This document shows positions 12,239-24,436 of a DNA stretch of 64,000 nt, piece after piece. This DNA comes from Takakia lepidozioides. Its lineage: Eukaryota > Plantae > Bryophyta. Position 1 is the first letter of the stretch. The number at the start of each line of letters is the position of its first letter. Position numbers and translations under genes: made by a program. The notes beneath the pieces are model-generated. The model did no database searches. It had not been told where the DNA came from and was given only the letters and a program-made list of their open reading frames with translations. The DNA is taken from the NCBI GenBank assembly GCA_030704615.1, contig CM060733.1:70556001-70620000 (forward strand), written 5' to 3'.

Positions 12239-12761
12239 CGGTGCTGCAGTGTCTTGACATTCTACCTGTGGTATAGTGTGAATTACATTGGTATAGACAA
12301 TGTGTGTGGGCTTTCCAGATTCCCTCTAGACAGCCCTTCACACAAGCATCAAGCTGCTGTATTATCTGCCCATCAGATAGATCCCAACAGGGCCAGAGAT
12401 TTCATAAGCTGTTGAACGGAGGTGCAGGGACTATGTTTATAATGTTCCTGAAGAGGGTCGCTCGCTAATGAGAATACTAACACTGACATGCTCTCTTTGA
12501 GCACTGCAACGTGAATGTATCAAAGAGAGCCAGCCTGGTCTTCATGGAAAACACCTCTAGACTCCAGATTAACCTTGAGACGGGTACTTTTTAGCCTACA
12601 AATAGCTTGCCAACTGCGTTAAGAAGCGTGATGCCGTGCTAGCGTGATGCCGTACTCATAAGATGTTTTTTGTCAGGTCCTCACCAACTAAGAATCATCA
12701 TCTACTTATAAAGTCTGCAAATGGTCATAGCTGAACATAAATGTCGTTATATTATTGATGG

Positions 12762-13557
12762 TTGCAGAATGTATCCACAATGTCAAAAGGGCAGAAGGCA
12801 AGCAGTTCTATGCCGAAGGAACAGAATACAAGCATTTCAATGCCCAAAGAAAAGAACACAAGCGGTTCAACCCAGGACGTTCCATTTGAAGTTAAATGTA
12901 CCCAAACTTACGAGCAGTTTTCATGCAACGTGCATCATGCGGTAAACGTAGGCAACACTTGGAAACGCTTTCCACCTTCCACTAATTTTTACAGTACATT
13001 GTGGAACGACAATGCTAACTCCGAGGAAATAGTATTATTCCTCGGAATTTGCAAATTTTCGTACTTAACGGAAATTGGAAATCTTAACTCTGCCCCATTT
13101 GCACATGAGATGCACCAAGCAAAATTTTCTATTCAGTTAGAGGAGAGCTTTCATCATTACGAGTACACCAGTAAGATTAATGACTGGAGAGCCTATTGGC
13201 AGAAGGCTTCCAGGGATTTAGAATGGGTGGGTGGAGAAAATTTGAATTTCACCAAAAAAGTTACAAAATCCAAAGCAAAAAAATCTGATCTGTCAAATTT
13301 GACTACAAACAAACGGCAGAAAGTAAATGAAAGTGAACTCTATAATACAATTGAGGTCATCAATGACAAAAACGAGACGATCAATGGATTGTCTATTAGT
13401 ACGGGAGACTTTGTTGTCGTCAAATGTAACATAAGATATTGGCAGAATCTTTGAGAGAAGAAACACGGCACTTCTTTCCAAATGCTAGGAGTCAAGCTTT
13501 TTGCCAAAGCTCCTTTACACATAGAAGATCCGGAGTATATGAAAACTGTAGCTTGGT
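12762..13557 (+). pseudogene. Unknown protein (degenerate, possibly spliced)
   Basis: 230-aa ORF. The frame continues past a TGA to a GTAAAT donor-like site at ~13556. No family recognised. Confidence 0.35.
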
Positions 13558-14577
13558 AAATTTTTGAACACATTCTGTAAAATATTGAAAACAATTATCA
13601 ATGTACAGACAATTTTATATATATATCAAGAACGAGTATTTATCCTATCTCTTTGTATTTGCATAGTAAGCAATGGTTTAAAGTGCTTATAGCACTGGAA
13701 ATGCACCTCCAGCCGATGTGCAAAAAATTCATCGAATCAGTATTTACAGGTTTCTCATCATACATTATGTTTTTATTTCATTATCGGTTTCACATCATCA
13801 ATGGATAAATCGATTGGTATTAGCCAAGCCTGTAACTCAAAATGATGATTGACTATTTTGAATTACCAAAATTCACTCGTGATTATAATTGTTCAATAAT
13901 TGTGATTTAACTGCACATGAAGTATTAATCCAAATTAGAATTTCAAAACATGACAAGGTAGGAAGGGATGTAAGTGAACGATAGTTAAAGATAAGCCTCT
14001 CCATTTTTTTCAAAAAATAAACCTCGAAAGATTAAAAAAAATCCAGGATTTTCCTCATTTTTTAGGTAAGCTTAACTCACATCACAATTATCTCATTTCA
14101 GTAACATACTTGATGATCCTTGAGTTTTTGTCCCAGTTGTTGGAAGTGATTGGTTAATATAGAAAGATAGAAATATGACAAAAAATTGTATTTCTTAATC
14201 TATAGGTGACCGTGGCTCGGCGGTCCGATGTGTCCCAATAGAGTTAAGAGAATCGCATCCACAAGCATGGACAAACATCTCCCTCCACTTTATGATCACT
14301 TTTGCTCCTCCGTGAGTGCGGTTCCTTGGCTTCCTGTAGTCTTCGGACTTCGTTGCGTGGCACTGCCAACGTGTGCAAAGGTGTTTGTTTTGGGAGCGAG
14401 AAGTTGTCGATTTTTAATCGGGTCAGTCCCACAGCTGTTCAACCTCTATTCACCGTTCCATTTGTCGTTTTAAGATCTCATGTGACCCGTTTTTGCAGAA
14501 AATATCAAGATATCATCCAGACACATCTATTATATATTTTTTTCTCCCATCCCCTGTAGTGGGCAAAGGTTTATATA

Positions 14578-15150
14578 ATGTCAGGGACTGCAAACTCAGA
14601 TACTGGGCCGGGGTCGTTGTCTAGGGGTCGGAGGAAGAGAAAACATGCCCACGAGCGAGATAGCCAGGTCAACAAGCAACACTATCCGGGACCAGAGGCT
14701 TTAGACAGGGTTAAAAGAAATATATTTGATTATTTCAAAGAAAAAGACATTATGAGGCTGCAAAGTGTTTATGTCCGGCATGGACACGAGGTGTTTCGTA
14801 TTTTTCAGCAAAATATGGAGAGGAGAATGAGAGAGGGTTTGGCTGAAGATCAGTGGACGGAGGATATGAACAAGCCGAAATTCTTGCATTGGCTCGAGAG
14901 TAGGGCAAAAGACACCACGTGGAATTTGAGGCAGGTAATGAGGACATGGAAGGATAGAACAACCCAAGGTCGGGTGCCTAGCTGGGAAACCGAGTTATAC
15001 CAACTTGTCGAGTGGTGGGCGCATTCATCAAGCGCCAATGCACATCACCGGACTAGGTTAGTCCCTTGGAAAGCGGCATCATCAAGCGGGGGAAGCACAA
15101 TAAGTCTTATTTACGTAAACACAAGTGCTCAGGTCCAACAACTTGGCCCC
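14578..15150 (+). pseudogene. Kinase-like gene, 5' half (split by CACTA insertion)
   Basis: The ORF ends in ...QQLGP at the TSD and joins in frame to YKERGYARVRKC at 22727. Confidence 0.8.
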
Positions 15151-18100
15151 CACTAGAAGAAAAACGTGGCATAACCACTGGCCCTTTAACCACTACTGTC
15201 TTTTCCCACTCAATAAACCACTAGTAACCACTTGCCAGTGGTTAATCCCGATGAAACGCCACGGTGGCATCACAGACAGTGGTTGGAAGTGGTTTGAACC
15301 ACTTAGTATTCCACGTGTAATAATTTGTTTTTATTTTTTATTTTTTATTTGATAATATATTTTAATTAATATATATTATTTTCCACGTGGATAGGTGCAG
15401 TGGTAGATTGTGAGTGGTTATAGACACCTCAGTGATGGGAAGTGGTCGAAACCACTTGCTACTCCACGTGTATTAATTCAAATTTTATTTATGATTTATG
15501 ATTTGAAAATCTATTTTAATTAATATAATATAATATTCCACGTGGACGGGGACAGTGCACGTTGATCTTGAGTGGTTAAAGACACCTTATTGATTTGCAC
15601 CACTTTGACAGTGATGGAGAGTGGGTGGTGAAAGACACTGCAGTAATTGGAACCACAATTCTAGTGGTCGCGCATGAGTGGTTGCCTACACAATAGTGAT
15701 TGGTACCACTTCTGTGGTGATATATGAAAAACTTTAAGTGGTTTGTGTACCTGTGACAGATTTGAAAAACAGTCAAGTGTTCATACTGTACACTACAACA
15801 CACCTCGGTTTTTTCAACCTGTCAATTTGACGATTTTTTTTACTGTTGTCATTTTTTTTTCCCGACCATTTCATAGTAAAAATATATATAATATTAAAAC
15901 ATTCAACATAGTACACGATAGTGAAATAGTTTCACTATTTCAGGGCCATAATTGCGAGAGACTTTGACTACCTAAATCAACTTATTGACACAACCATTTA
16001 AACCATGACACGTGCATCTGCAATATATTTATTATTTATATATTAATGTGGATAAGTAAGTAGTAAAAAGTTTGACTATACTTTCACCGGAATTTTATAC
16101 TTTCCACATTGTGGTGTATGGGTTTAGTTAGTACTCCACTGCAAACGGAATAAATCATGAACTTATGAAATCTGCCCTCGGGAAGACGAAGAGGTGGTCG
16201 TCGCACTTTGCAATGTATACCGAATGCAATGCAAGCTTAACAGTCCTCATATTATGATTGAAGGGAGTCAAACTAAGTGTGGCCATATCAGTGCAGGGAC
16301 ATAAATACGAATCATTCAACATTGTAAAATGAAAACGGGGTACAGCTAGTACATGGTACCTTTAAAACTTGTTGCAGAGTTCAAAAGGTTTTTAAAAAAT
16401 TACAAAAGTTGCTTATAGGGTTTGTAAAAAGTTAAAAAAATTAAAAAGTTGCCATCCCGGTAGCCTTGAACAGAGGGCTGGGACTTAGAGCAGTGAGCGG
16501 CAAGGAGGGAGAGAGAGAGGGCTGCAACTTAGAGCGAGTGAGCGGGAGGGAGGGCAAACATGGGAGGCCCGCAGTTGGAGCAACCTTCGCATCTGAAGCA
16601 AGCGACAAACACTAGGGTATGTGTGCGAGGAGGTGTCCGCTGAGAGCTCGCCCTTGGGGAGAGTCAGTTTGGTCTTAGGTCGAGGACAATGCGGTGAGGG
16701 CATCTTCTTCTTCGACCTATTTCAGCCTGTTTTGCGCTCTCATCATACTCAGCCCTGAGTTTGCAACACGGAGCAGAGCTGGCATGAGTTTTTAAAGATC
16801 CTTCATGATGGTGGGACAACCGCAATCACAAGCGCACCCCGTTCCATCGTTGCATGGGAGGCAGTTTCGCACCATTGCTACTCTGTTCCCCCTCTGTGTG
16901 CTGGCCGAGACTGGGCCCACAACCGTCTGCTCCCTCCCAATCTTCCTGCCACATCCAGTCGATTCCGAGTTTGTTTTTGGTAGTCAGAAGTTGGAAGAAA
17001 ATCGTTGTAGTGTTGGACTTGAGGGAGTAGGAACGATTGAATTGAAGTGAGATGAGTAGGAAGGAGCCTGCATTGGGGACTGGCAAAAAGGGGAATGTAG
17101 AGCATCTGTAGGGTGGATGTGATTTTGGGTGCTTGGAAGAGGCGAATCAGAGAACTAGACAAGGAGAGCTTTGGACCTGGCTCATTTGGTGAGCCCAGAG
17201 GGTCTTCCACGTGATAACGTCAGAAGGAAGGCCATGTTTGGGCCAGTGAAAGAGGCGGTTAAGAGTAGAGCTGCTGGCAACAAGTAGGTCGAATCAAACG
17301 TGGGGTACGTTGTTGTGGAACTCGTGCTCGGGTGTGAAGCCCAGTTAGACGTTCAAGTGAGTTGGGCGTCATCGTTACGAATCTCTAAGGCTTGAGTACG
17401 CGGGCTGGAGGTTTTATGGATAATCGGCACGTACTCTGCAGAGGTAATCCAGTCTATATCCCATTCCGGTTGACTGTCTCCTCTACAGTGCTGCCCTGTC
17501 ATTTCAGCTGTCTGAAATCTCTTACATAGATTTTGTCAAGGGACCTCTTTCCGAGTCTGCAGATCTAGTCTTAACTCACTGGTTTTTTCTTAATGTACGA
17601 TGTTATCTCCCCGTCCTCTAGGAAGCCTATTGCCATTGGGTGGACTTGATACGGGAGTACATTAATGTCTTTGTGACTAAATGCCAGCCTTGTGACCTCA
17701 TGTCTTTGTTTGTTTCGACCTGAAGCGCTTGCTCCAGGTAAGGTAGTGCATTGGATTTAGTTGGAAAGCTTGGGGCCTTTCCCTCTTCAGAATATGCCTA
17801 CACGGGCCATTCCCTGCAACTCCCTGGAGTGTGATCTCTGAATGGTAACAAGCGGACCCCTACCGCTTGGGGGCAGCCCCTCTGCCCAATTGGGCGGTCG
17901 TATGCTCTGTCTAGCATACTCGGCACTTGGGCTCGGGTTGGTTCCCATGCTTAAACTTATGGCCTGCGACAACAATCAAATCTTAGCTCCTATCAACATC
18001 AACACTCCTCAGGCTGATTCCTGGGAATTGGTTACTTATGGCAAATCTAGGGCTTCATGTGTAGTTTTTGGGGTGAATCCCAGGATGGACGCCATGTCCT

Positions 18101-18254
18101 TTAAAACTACATGCTCTAACTTAGGCTTGGATTTCATGGCCAATGGCTCCATCTTGAGACTTGATAACAGGGGCACTTTGAAGGTTGCAATGCCCAAAGG
18201 GGCTTCTAATAGAGTCCCACATCAAAAGGGGTTGGATTCTTTGTCCGTGATTTC

Positions 18255-18790
18255 TTGTTTGACAATTGTGAAATTATCAACAAGGGTTTGAGGTACAAGC
18301 ATAGTATCTGGCTAAAGCTGAAACTGAAGGGCGGCATGAGTATGAAGGACCTCTTTGTGGGTTGTGTTTACATGCCCACAGATGGGTCCCTTAGTGCTGA
18401 TGCAGACAAAGCCTTCGAAGATGTAAAGCTAGTCTGTGCTTCGTTCCTTGCCAAAGATTAGGTGATCTTATTGGGTGATTTCAATGCCCGGGTGGGTAAA
18501 GGTCTCCATCAGGATGATATCATTGGGCCTTTTGGTGAGGACGAGCTGAACTCTAATGGTAGACGGTTAATTAATTGTCTGGAAGAGCTTCAGCTTATGG
18601 CCTTGAACAATAGGGCAAAAGGTGAACAAGTGCAGTGGACTCGTGAGAAATCCCAAACTGGGGAACGTTCCATTGTGGATTATATCATAATGGACAAAAA
18701 TTTGTTTCCCCAGAGTGCCAATGTGTTGATCGACAAAACTAATATTGGTACCTCTGACCACTTCCTGTTTTGGACTGAGATCAAAAGGTG
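18255..18790 (+). pseudogene. LINE AP-endonuclease fragment
   Basis: VGCVYMP...ILLGDFNARVG...NSNGRRL...WT...SIVDYII...TSDHF. Confidence 0.85.
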
Positions 18791-18959
18791 TTTTCCCAAC
18801 CCAAAAGATCTATGTGAAGTCGAAAGAGCAGTGGATTCTTGGGATATAATGTTGGCAGGATTTACCAAGCATGGGTGTGGTAGGAATGCTTTGGAGACCT
18901 ATGAGCAAATGATGGGCAAAGGGTACCACCAACAGTCTGGAGGCTGTGATGGCTGCATA

Positions 18960-21310
18960 CGTGTGGGGAAAAAGAAGCGAAGTGATAGAGTGTGGCTAGA
19001 TTTCAGGCACAAGATTACTTATGATTCCACGTGAATCAATAGCTACTAGCAACCTGCATGGGTAGATGGTCAACTGGAAGTTGCAGCAGCAGCAACACAA
19101 TTGATAAATTCAAGCATTGCTAATGAAGGCACCTTCTTCAACACATTTCACCCTGTTTTTCCCTCTTATCAGAATCGGCCCTGAATTTTCATGTTGAATT
19201 CCGCAAGTTAGCTTGTTGAGTGAACCTTCGATAGTTTGGAAGGACTGACTGATATTGCCAATGTGACAACAAAGTATCCAGAAACAGGTAACAAAGACAA
19301 GGAAACCAGGAGCTGTGGAATGAATACTTTTCTGACCCAAGTCAATGGTGGGACAATCAAGGCAAAAGGCAAATGCCTATTGATTTCAGAGAGTAGAAAA
19401 TGCAATTGAGTAGAGGAACTAGTGTGATAAGTTGAGTTGGGTGTTTCCTAGAACAATTATAGGCTTGCATTGTTAGTGACTAGCAGCAAGGCAAGGGTGA
19501 ATGTATGATTTGTGCGGAGGCATGGATAGGTGAAGGAGCAGGGCAGTTGCAGGATTGGGTGGATCAAAAGCGGCACATGTTGGCTTGTTCTTAGCAGGCC
19601 GTGAGGGCACCTTCTTCTTCAACCTATTTCAGCCTGTTTTGCCCTCTTATCAGACTCGGGCCTGATATGCATATTGAAATATGTAAGTTAGCTCGTTGGT
19701 GCAAGAGAGAGAGTCAGCTTGGTCTTAGCAAGCCGTGCTTTGTTCAAAGCTGGAATTGTACCTAATGTCATTCTGAACACTGCCTGGCAGCTCTCGAAAA
19801 GGGGAAAGAGGTCGACATGTTTGCAAAATGAAGGCCTTGCTTGGTGCCTGCAGAATCCATGGCAATGTGGAGATGGTTGAACGTGCGGCATGAAGGTACC
19901 TTCTTCAACACATTTCACCCTGTTTTTCCCTATTGCCAGAGTAGTCCCTAAATTTTCATGTAGAATTTTGCAAGTTAGCTCGTTCGTGATATGAGGTTGC
20001 ATGAGTTTTATACCGATCTTTCATGATGGTGGGACAACCGCAATCACCAGGTGTGGCTTTTCTTAATGTACGATGTGAAGAAGTTCGTCCATCCTGCAAA
20101 GGTGGGCTCTTGACTCCTGTGAGTACCATGATTTAGTATTCTTCCTAATGTTTACAAGGTTCTCGGGGAGAGTCAGCTTGAAGGTCTTAGCAGGCCGTGT
20201 TTCAATCGTTGCCTGCTCTACTGCACCGTGGTGGTTCTCAAAGACCAATCCGACATTACCTGACTACAGACAAACAACACACACAAGAGGTCATTTTGGG
20301 TTGATGGTCGGTCAAATCCTCCATGGGTCAAGGACAATGTGGTGAGGGCACGTTTCAGCCTGTTTTTCCCTCTCATCAGACTTGGCCCTGAGATGCATGT
20401 TGAATTCTACATGGGTGATAAGTACGGTTGGGTGTTTGCTGGAACAATTGTAGGCTGTCATTGTCAGCCGCTAGCAGCAAGGGAAGGATGTATGCATGAT
20501 TTGTGTAGAGCTTGGATAGCTGAGGGAGCAGGGGTAGAGTGTGGCCGGTCCAGATTCATCCAAGAGGGCGGGTCTTCAAGCTCACGATTACCTATAATTC
20601 TCTGTGGATCAATAGCTGCAAGAAACCTGTATGGGTAGATGGTCAACTGGAAGCCGCAGCAACAACGACACAATTGATAAAATCAGGCACTGCTAATGAA
20701 GGCACCTTCTTCAACACATTTTCACCCTGTTTTTCCCTCTTATCAGAATTGGCCCTAAATTTTCATGTTGAATTCTGCAAGTTAGCTGGTTGAGTGAACC
20801 TTTTGATATTTTGGAGTGACTTTGACATGGTACTGCCAATGTGACAACAGGGAAGTATCCAGAAACAAATAACAGCTGAGACGAGGAGAAGCTGTGGAAT
20901 GAATACTTTTCTGACCCCAGTCCATGGTGGGACAATCGAGACAAAAAGGTGAATGCCTGTTGGATTACAGAGAGTAGTTGATGCAATTGACCATAGTGAT
21001 AAGTTGAGTTGGGTGTTTCCTAGAACAAATCTAGGCTGTTATTGTCAGGTGCTAGCAGCAAGGCAAGGATGTATGCATGATTTGTGCAGCGGCATGGATA
21101 GCTGAAGAAGCAGGGATAGAGTCTGGGTCCAGATTCATCCAAGAGGGCCGGACTTCAAGCTCCAGATTACCTATGATTCCATGTGGATCAATAGCTACAA
21201 GAAACCTGCTGCATGGGTAGATGGTCAACTAAAGGTAGCAGCTGCAGCGGCACAGTTGATAAAATCAGGCACCTCAACCATGACCACAGCTTCTGAAAGA
21301 GGATCAAGAG
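18960..21310 (+). repeat. Repeated ~600-bp captured module with exon-like VWVQIHPRG...KITYDS...KPAWVDGQ; partial copies, also at ~16650-16830
   Basis: Near-identical blocks at ~19005-19210, 20400-21000 and 21000-21310, and inverted at 27518-28252. Confidence 0.75.
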
Positions 21311-21312
21311 AG

Positions 21313-21600
21313 GTGGCTGAACGAGATGTGGTGTTTTGGAATGCCATGATTGCGAGGTATGTGCAGCATGGGTATGGGATTTAGGCTTTGGAAATCTAGG
21401 AGCAAATGATGTGGGAAGGGATGAAGCAAGACTAGGTCATGTTCATTTGTGTTTGTAATATGCATATGGGAGCCTAGCAGCCCTGGGAAGGGGCAAAGAG
21501 GTTCATGGTGACATTATCAAAGCTGGAATTGTACCTGATGTCATTCTGAACATTCCCCTGGTGTACATCTACATCAAATGTGAGCCTGGCAGCCCTGGCC
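21313..21600 (+). pseudogene. PLS-class PPR fragment inside the CACTA element
   Basis: AERDVVFWNAMIARYVQHGYG...[20 protein letters not shown] with stops. Confidence 0.8.
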
Positions 21601-22726
21601 AGAGAAGAACATGAAGAGGGCTTACAATTTCATTCGCCCGGGCGTAGACATTGCTGGCAATGAGAAGAAGGCAGGAAAGCAGTTCAGTGTTCCTAGCATG
21701 CATGTGGAGACGCCGTGTAGAAATTAGGCTCAGACTTTTATCATGGCTGGATTTTGTTGACAGTGTTCCAGCACTTACTCTCTGGGATTCTATTTTATTT
21801 TGTGGAGCTTGAATCCCCAATGGTACTTCTTTCACTACACTAGTGGTATGTGTTCCTCTAGTCATGTTCCTAATCACTTGCACGCCACTGTAATAGTGGT
21901 ATATAACTTAAAATTGTAAGAGTAGCCAAATATACACAATTGCCTCCATTACCACTCCTGTAGTGGTATAAGTAATCACATATATATTACTGTATTAGTG
22001 GTATGAATTCCTCCAATGGTATTTTTAATCACTTACACACCACTCTGTTAGTAATCATTCCAATCCATAGTTCCCACTCAGAGAGACACCATGGATGATT
22101 CAAACAGCTTACATACCACTATGTGGGTAATCATTCCAATGACCTGCTGAGAGATGTCATCCACTCACATAACCACGGTTTGAGTGATATTGTATATTCT
22201 CAGTTTTCATAGAATGACTCTGTCAGTCATTTCGCGATCACTCAACAAGTGGTTTCGGAAGTCATTGAATTTTTCACTCCATCCATTTCGTAGCACCGAC
22301 ACATGACACGTGTCCATGCTGAGAGTGTCGTCACTTGTCAACATAATCTCCAATATCATCCACGGATCACCGACTTCCACGTGTCCACTAGAAAACGGAA
22401 GTGGTTACTTTACCACTATGACACGTCAGTTTACCACTGTGACACGTCAGAAGTGGTTGGTTTACCTCAGTGACACGTCAGAGTGGTGAGTTTACACGTC
22501 ACAGTGGTTAATTTACCACTGTGACATGTCAGCGAACAGGCGGACCCGGACGTGAGTGGTTCGAACCACTGTCCTTAACCACTGATGCCACGTAATGTCT
22601 TTTACCACTCACTTGTCCTAATCCACTGGTTCTTCATCACTCTGGGGCCAGAGTGGTTTAGTGTCTTTTAGCACTCAAAATGAGTGGTTAACAGAGTGGT
22701 TATTCCGCATTTTTCTTCTAGTGCCC

Positions 22727-23641
22727 TACAAAGAGAGAGGATATGCCAGGGTTCGTAAGTGTAGGATTGTTGGCGATTCACGAATACCGTGTAGTTGGGA
22801 GCTAATAGGGAAAACACCCAAAGCCAAAAACCCAGAAGTTGCGGTGATGCAACATAACAACGAGTCTTTGGCAGTGAGATTCCAACATGCGGGAGTCATT
22901 ACATACTTTGCTGTGAATGCAACTGAGCTAGAGGGTTATACTCACTGGTGGAATGGGGGAACAATAAGTGATATGTTGAACCTTGACAAAAAATGGGGCA
23001 GTGATTGGGACAACAAAGAGATTGAAAGACAACCAGGAACGGAAGAAGAGTATCAGGCAACCGATCGCTTGGTTCGTTTCCGGAGAGAGCGCAGTAAACT
23101 TGCATGGGCACTCGTGAGCATTATGGATGTTGTCCATAAGAACCATGTCAAACACAACAACTTGTCTCCCAACAACATCTTGTTGCATTTTCCACATGAC
23201 ACCGAGGAGATTAAGATTGGAGTGTGTGATTGGGGGTTGGCCACCTCAACGGAGATACGCAAAACCTCGTCGTACCAGTTTGAAAACAAAGACAAAATAA
23301 GGCAGGCTCTCAAATGTAGATGGTGGGTGGATCCTGCAATTGCCATGGCTTTTAACAAGGAAAGCAGTCAGGTGGATGACACACCACAAATGCAGACACA
23401 AGTCATGACCTCGGAGGCCTTTACAGTTGGAAAGATAGCGGTAAGAATAAATGGCGGCAATTCGTATGATGCCAATCTTTTCAAGGATCAATACACAGGA
23501 CTATGTTGGAATTCTGCCCTACGAAGGTTATATAATAGCACGGTCCCGTCTGAGAGGCTCACATTAGCCCAAGTAGTGTTCCGCTTCATGAACAAACCAT
23601 TCAGTTGGGTAGAGCCCCAAGACGTCTACAGGATGGAATAG
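22727..23641 (+). pseudogene. Ser/Thr kinase-like domain, 3' half
   Basis: Gly-loop-like ERGYARV, ELIGK, HNNLSPNNILLH catalytic loop (N in place of D), IGVCDWGLA. Confidence 0.82.
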
Positions 23642-24069
23642 ACCATAGTTTCATACATACTAGTTTTGTGGGCGTAGTATAGTACAGTTTCCAAAACAAA
23701 AGTGAATTTTGATCATGCATGTACTGAATAAAATTTTATCATTGTAAATATTAAATTGCATATGAGCGAGTCATACATGTGTCATTTCAATGCAATTGTT
23801 TGTGTACCCTCTCAATGTTTATATATTCCAATGTTCCATGTTTCGATTCCTCCGCTAACCACTCCTCAAATGAAGAACTCAAAATTTCCATCATTCTTGA
23901 AAAAACTGACATATTTAGCCTTCCTTAGACATTTCATGTGTGGAACTAATAGTTATAGTTGGGTGGGACGATGATTCAGGCTGCAACAAATCGTCCAGTG
24001 AACATGCTATGTGAAGGTCTGGTTTGAATAATCATTCACCCTCACAAGCATTTGATCCGGTTGACATCA

Positions 24070-24436
24070 AACCCCGACCATATCTTGCAGCATCACTAGG
24101 GGACTCAAACTCTCTCCGAAGAGGCAAAGCCGGGGGGGTTGGAAACCTTTATTATCTTTTTCCTTTTTATTTTTCCTCTCTCCCATATCCTCTAAGGTGC
24201 AGAAAATATCCAATCTTTCCCCGCCAATATACTACCGTAGGCTCAAAGTCCTTCCAAGGCTTGTTACATTAATAGAACAATCCACCTTGCACCGACCCTA
24301 TCTTGCAGCATCACTAGGAGATTCGAGCCCAGTCCGGTGGGGCAGAATGGCGGATTTGAAACAATTTTTATCTGGGGACTCGAACTCTCTCCGAAGAACC
24401 AGAACCGGAGGGGTTTGAAACCTTTATTATCTTTTC
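24070..24436 (-). repeat. Inverted copy of the 35.2-37.6 kb tandem array units
   Basis: Contains TATCTTGCAGCATCACTAGG and CTCTCTCCGAAGA, the reverse complement of the array unit. Confidence 0.85.

Larger units (their letters stand above)
15151..22723. mobile_element. Pack-CACTA-like non-autonomous element (7.57 kb) with captured fragments
   Basis: Left end CACTAGAAGAAAAACGTGGCATAACCACT and right end AGTGGTTATTCCGCATTTTTCTTCTAGTG. Perfect CCC TSD. Dense ACCACT/AGTGGT subterminal repeats. No transposase seen. Confidence 0.9.

Noticed and set aside
13370-13454. BAH domain start (INGLSISTGDFVVV)
   Set aside because: Only a short resemblance; the downstream BAH motifs are not recognisable.
15791-17012. 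Nested CACTA from CACTACAACA (15791) to CGTTGTAGTG (17012)
   Set aside because: The match is only ~9 bp and the flanks (GTA vs TTG) give no TSD, so 15791 is left as an unpaired end.
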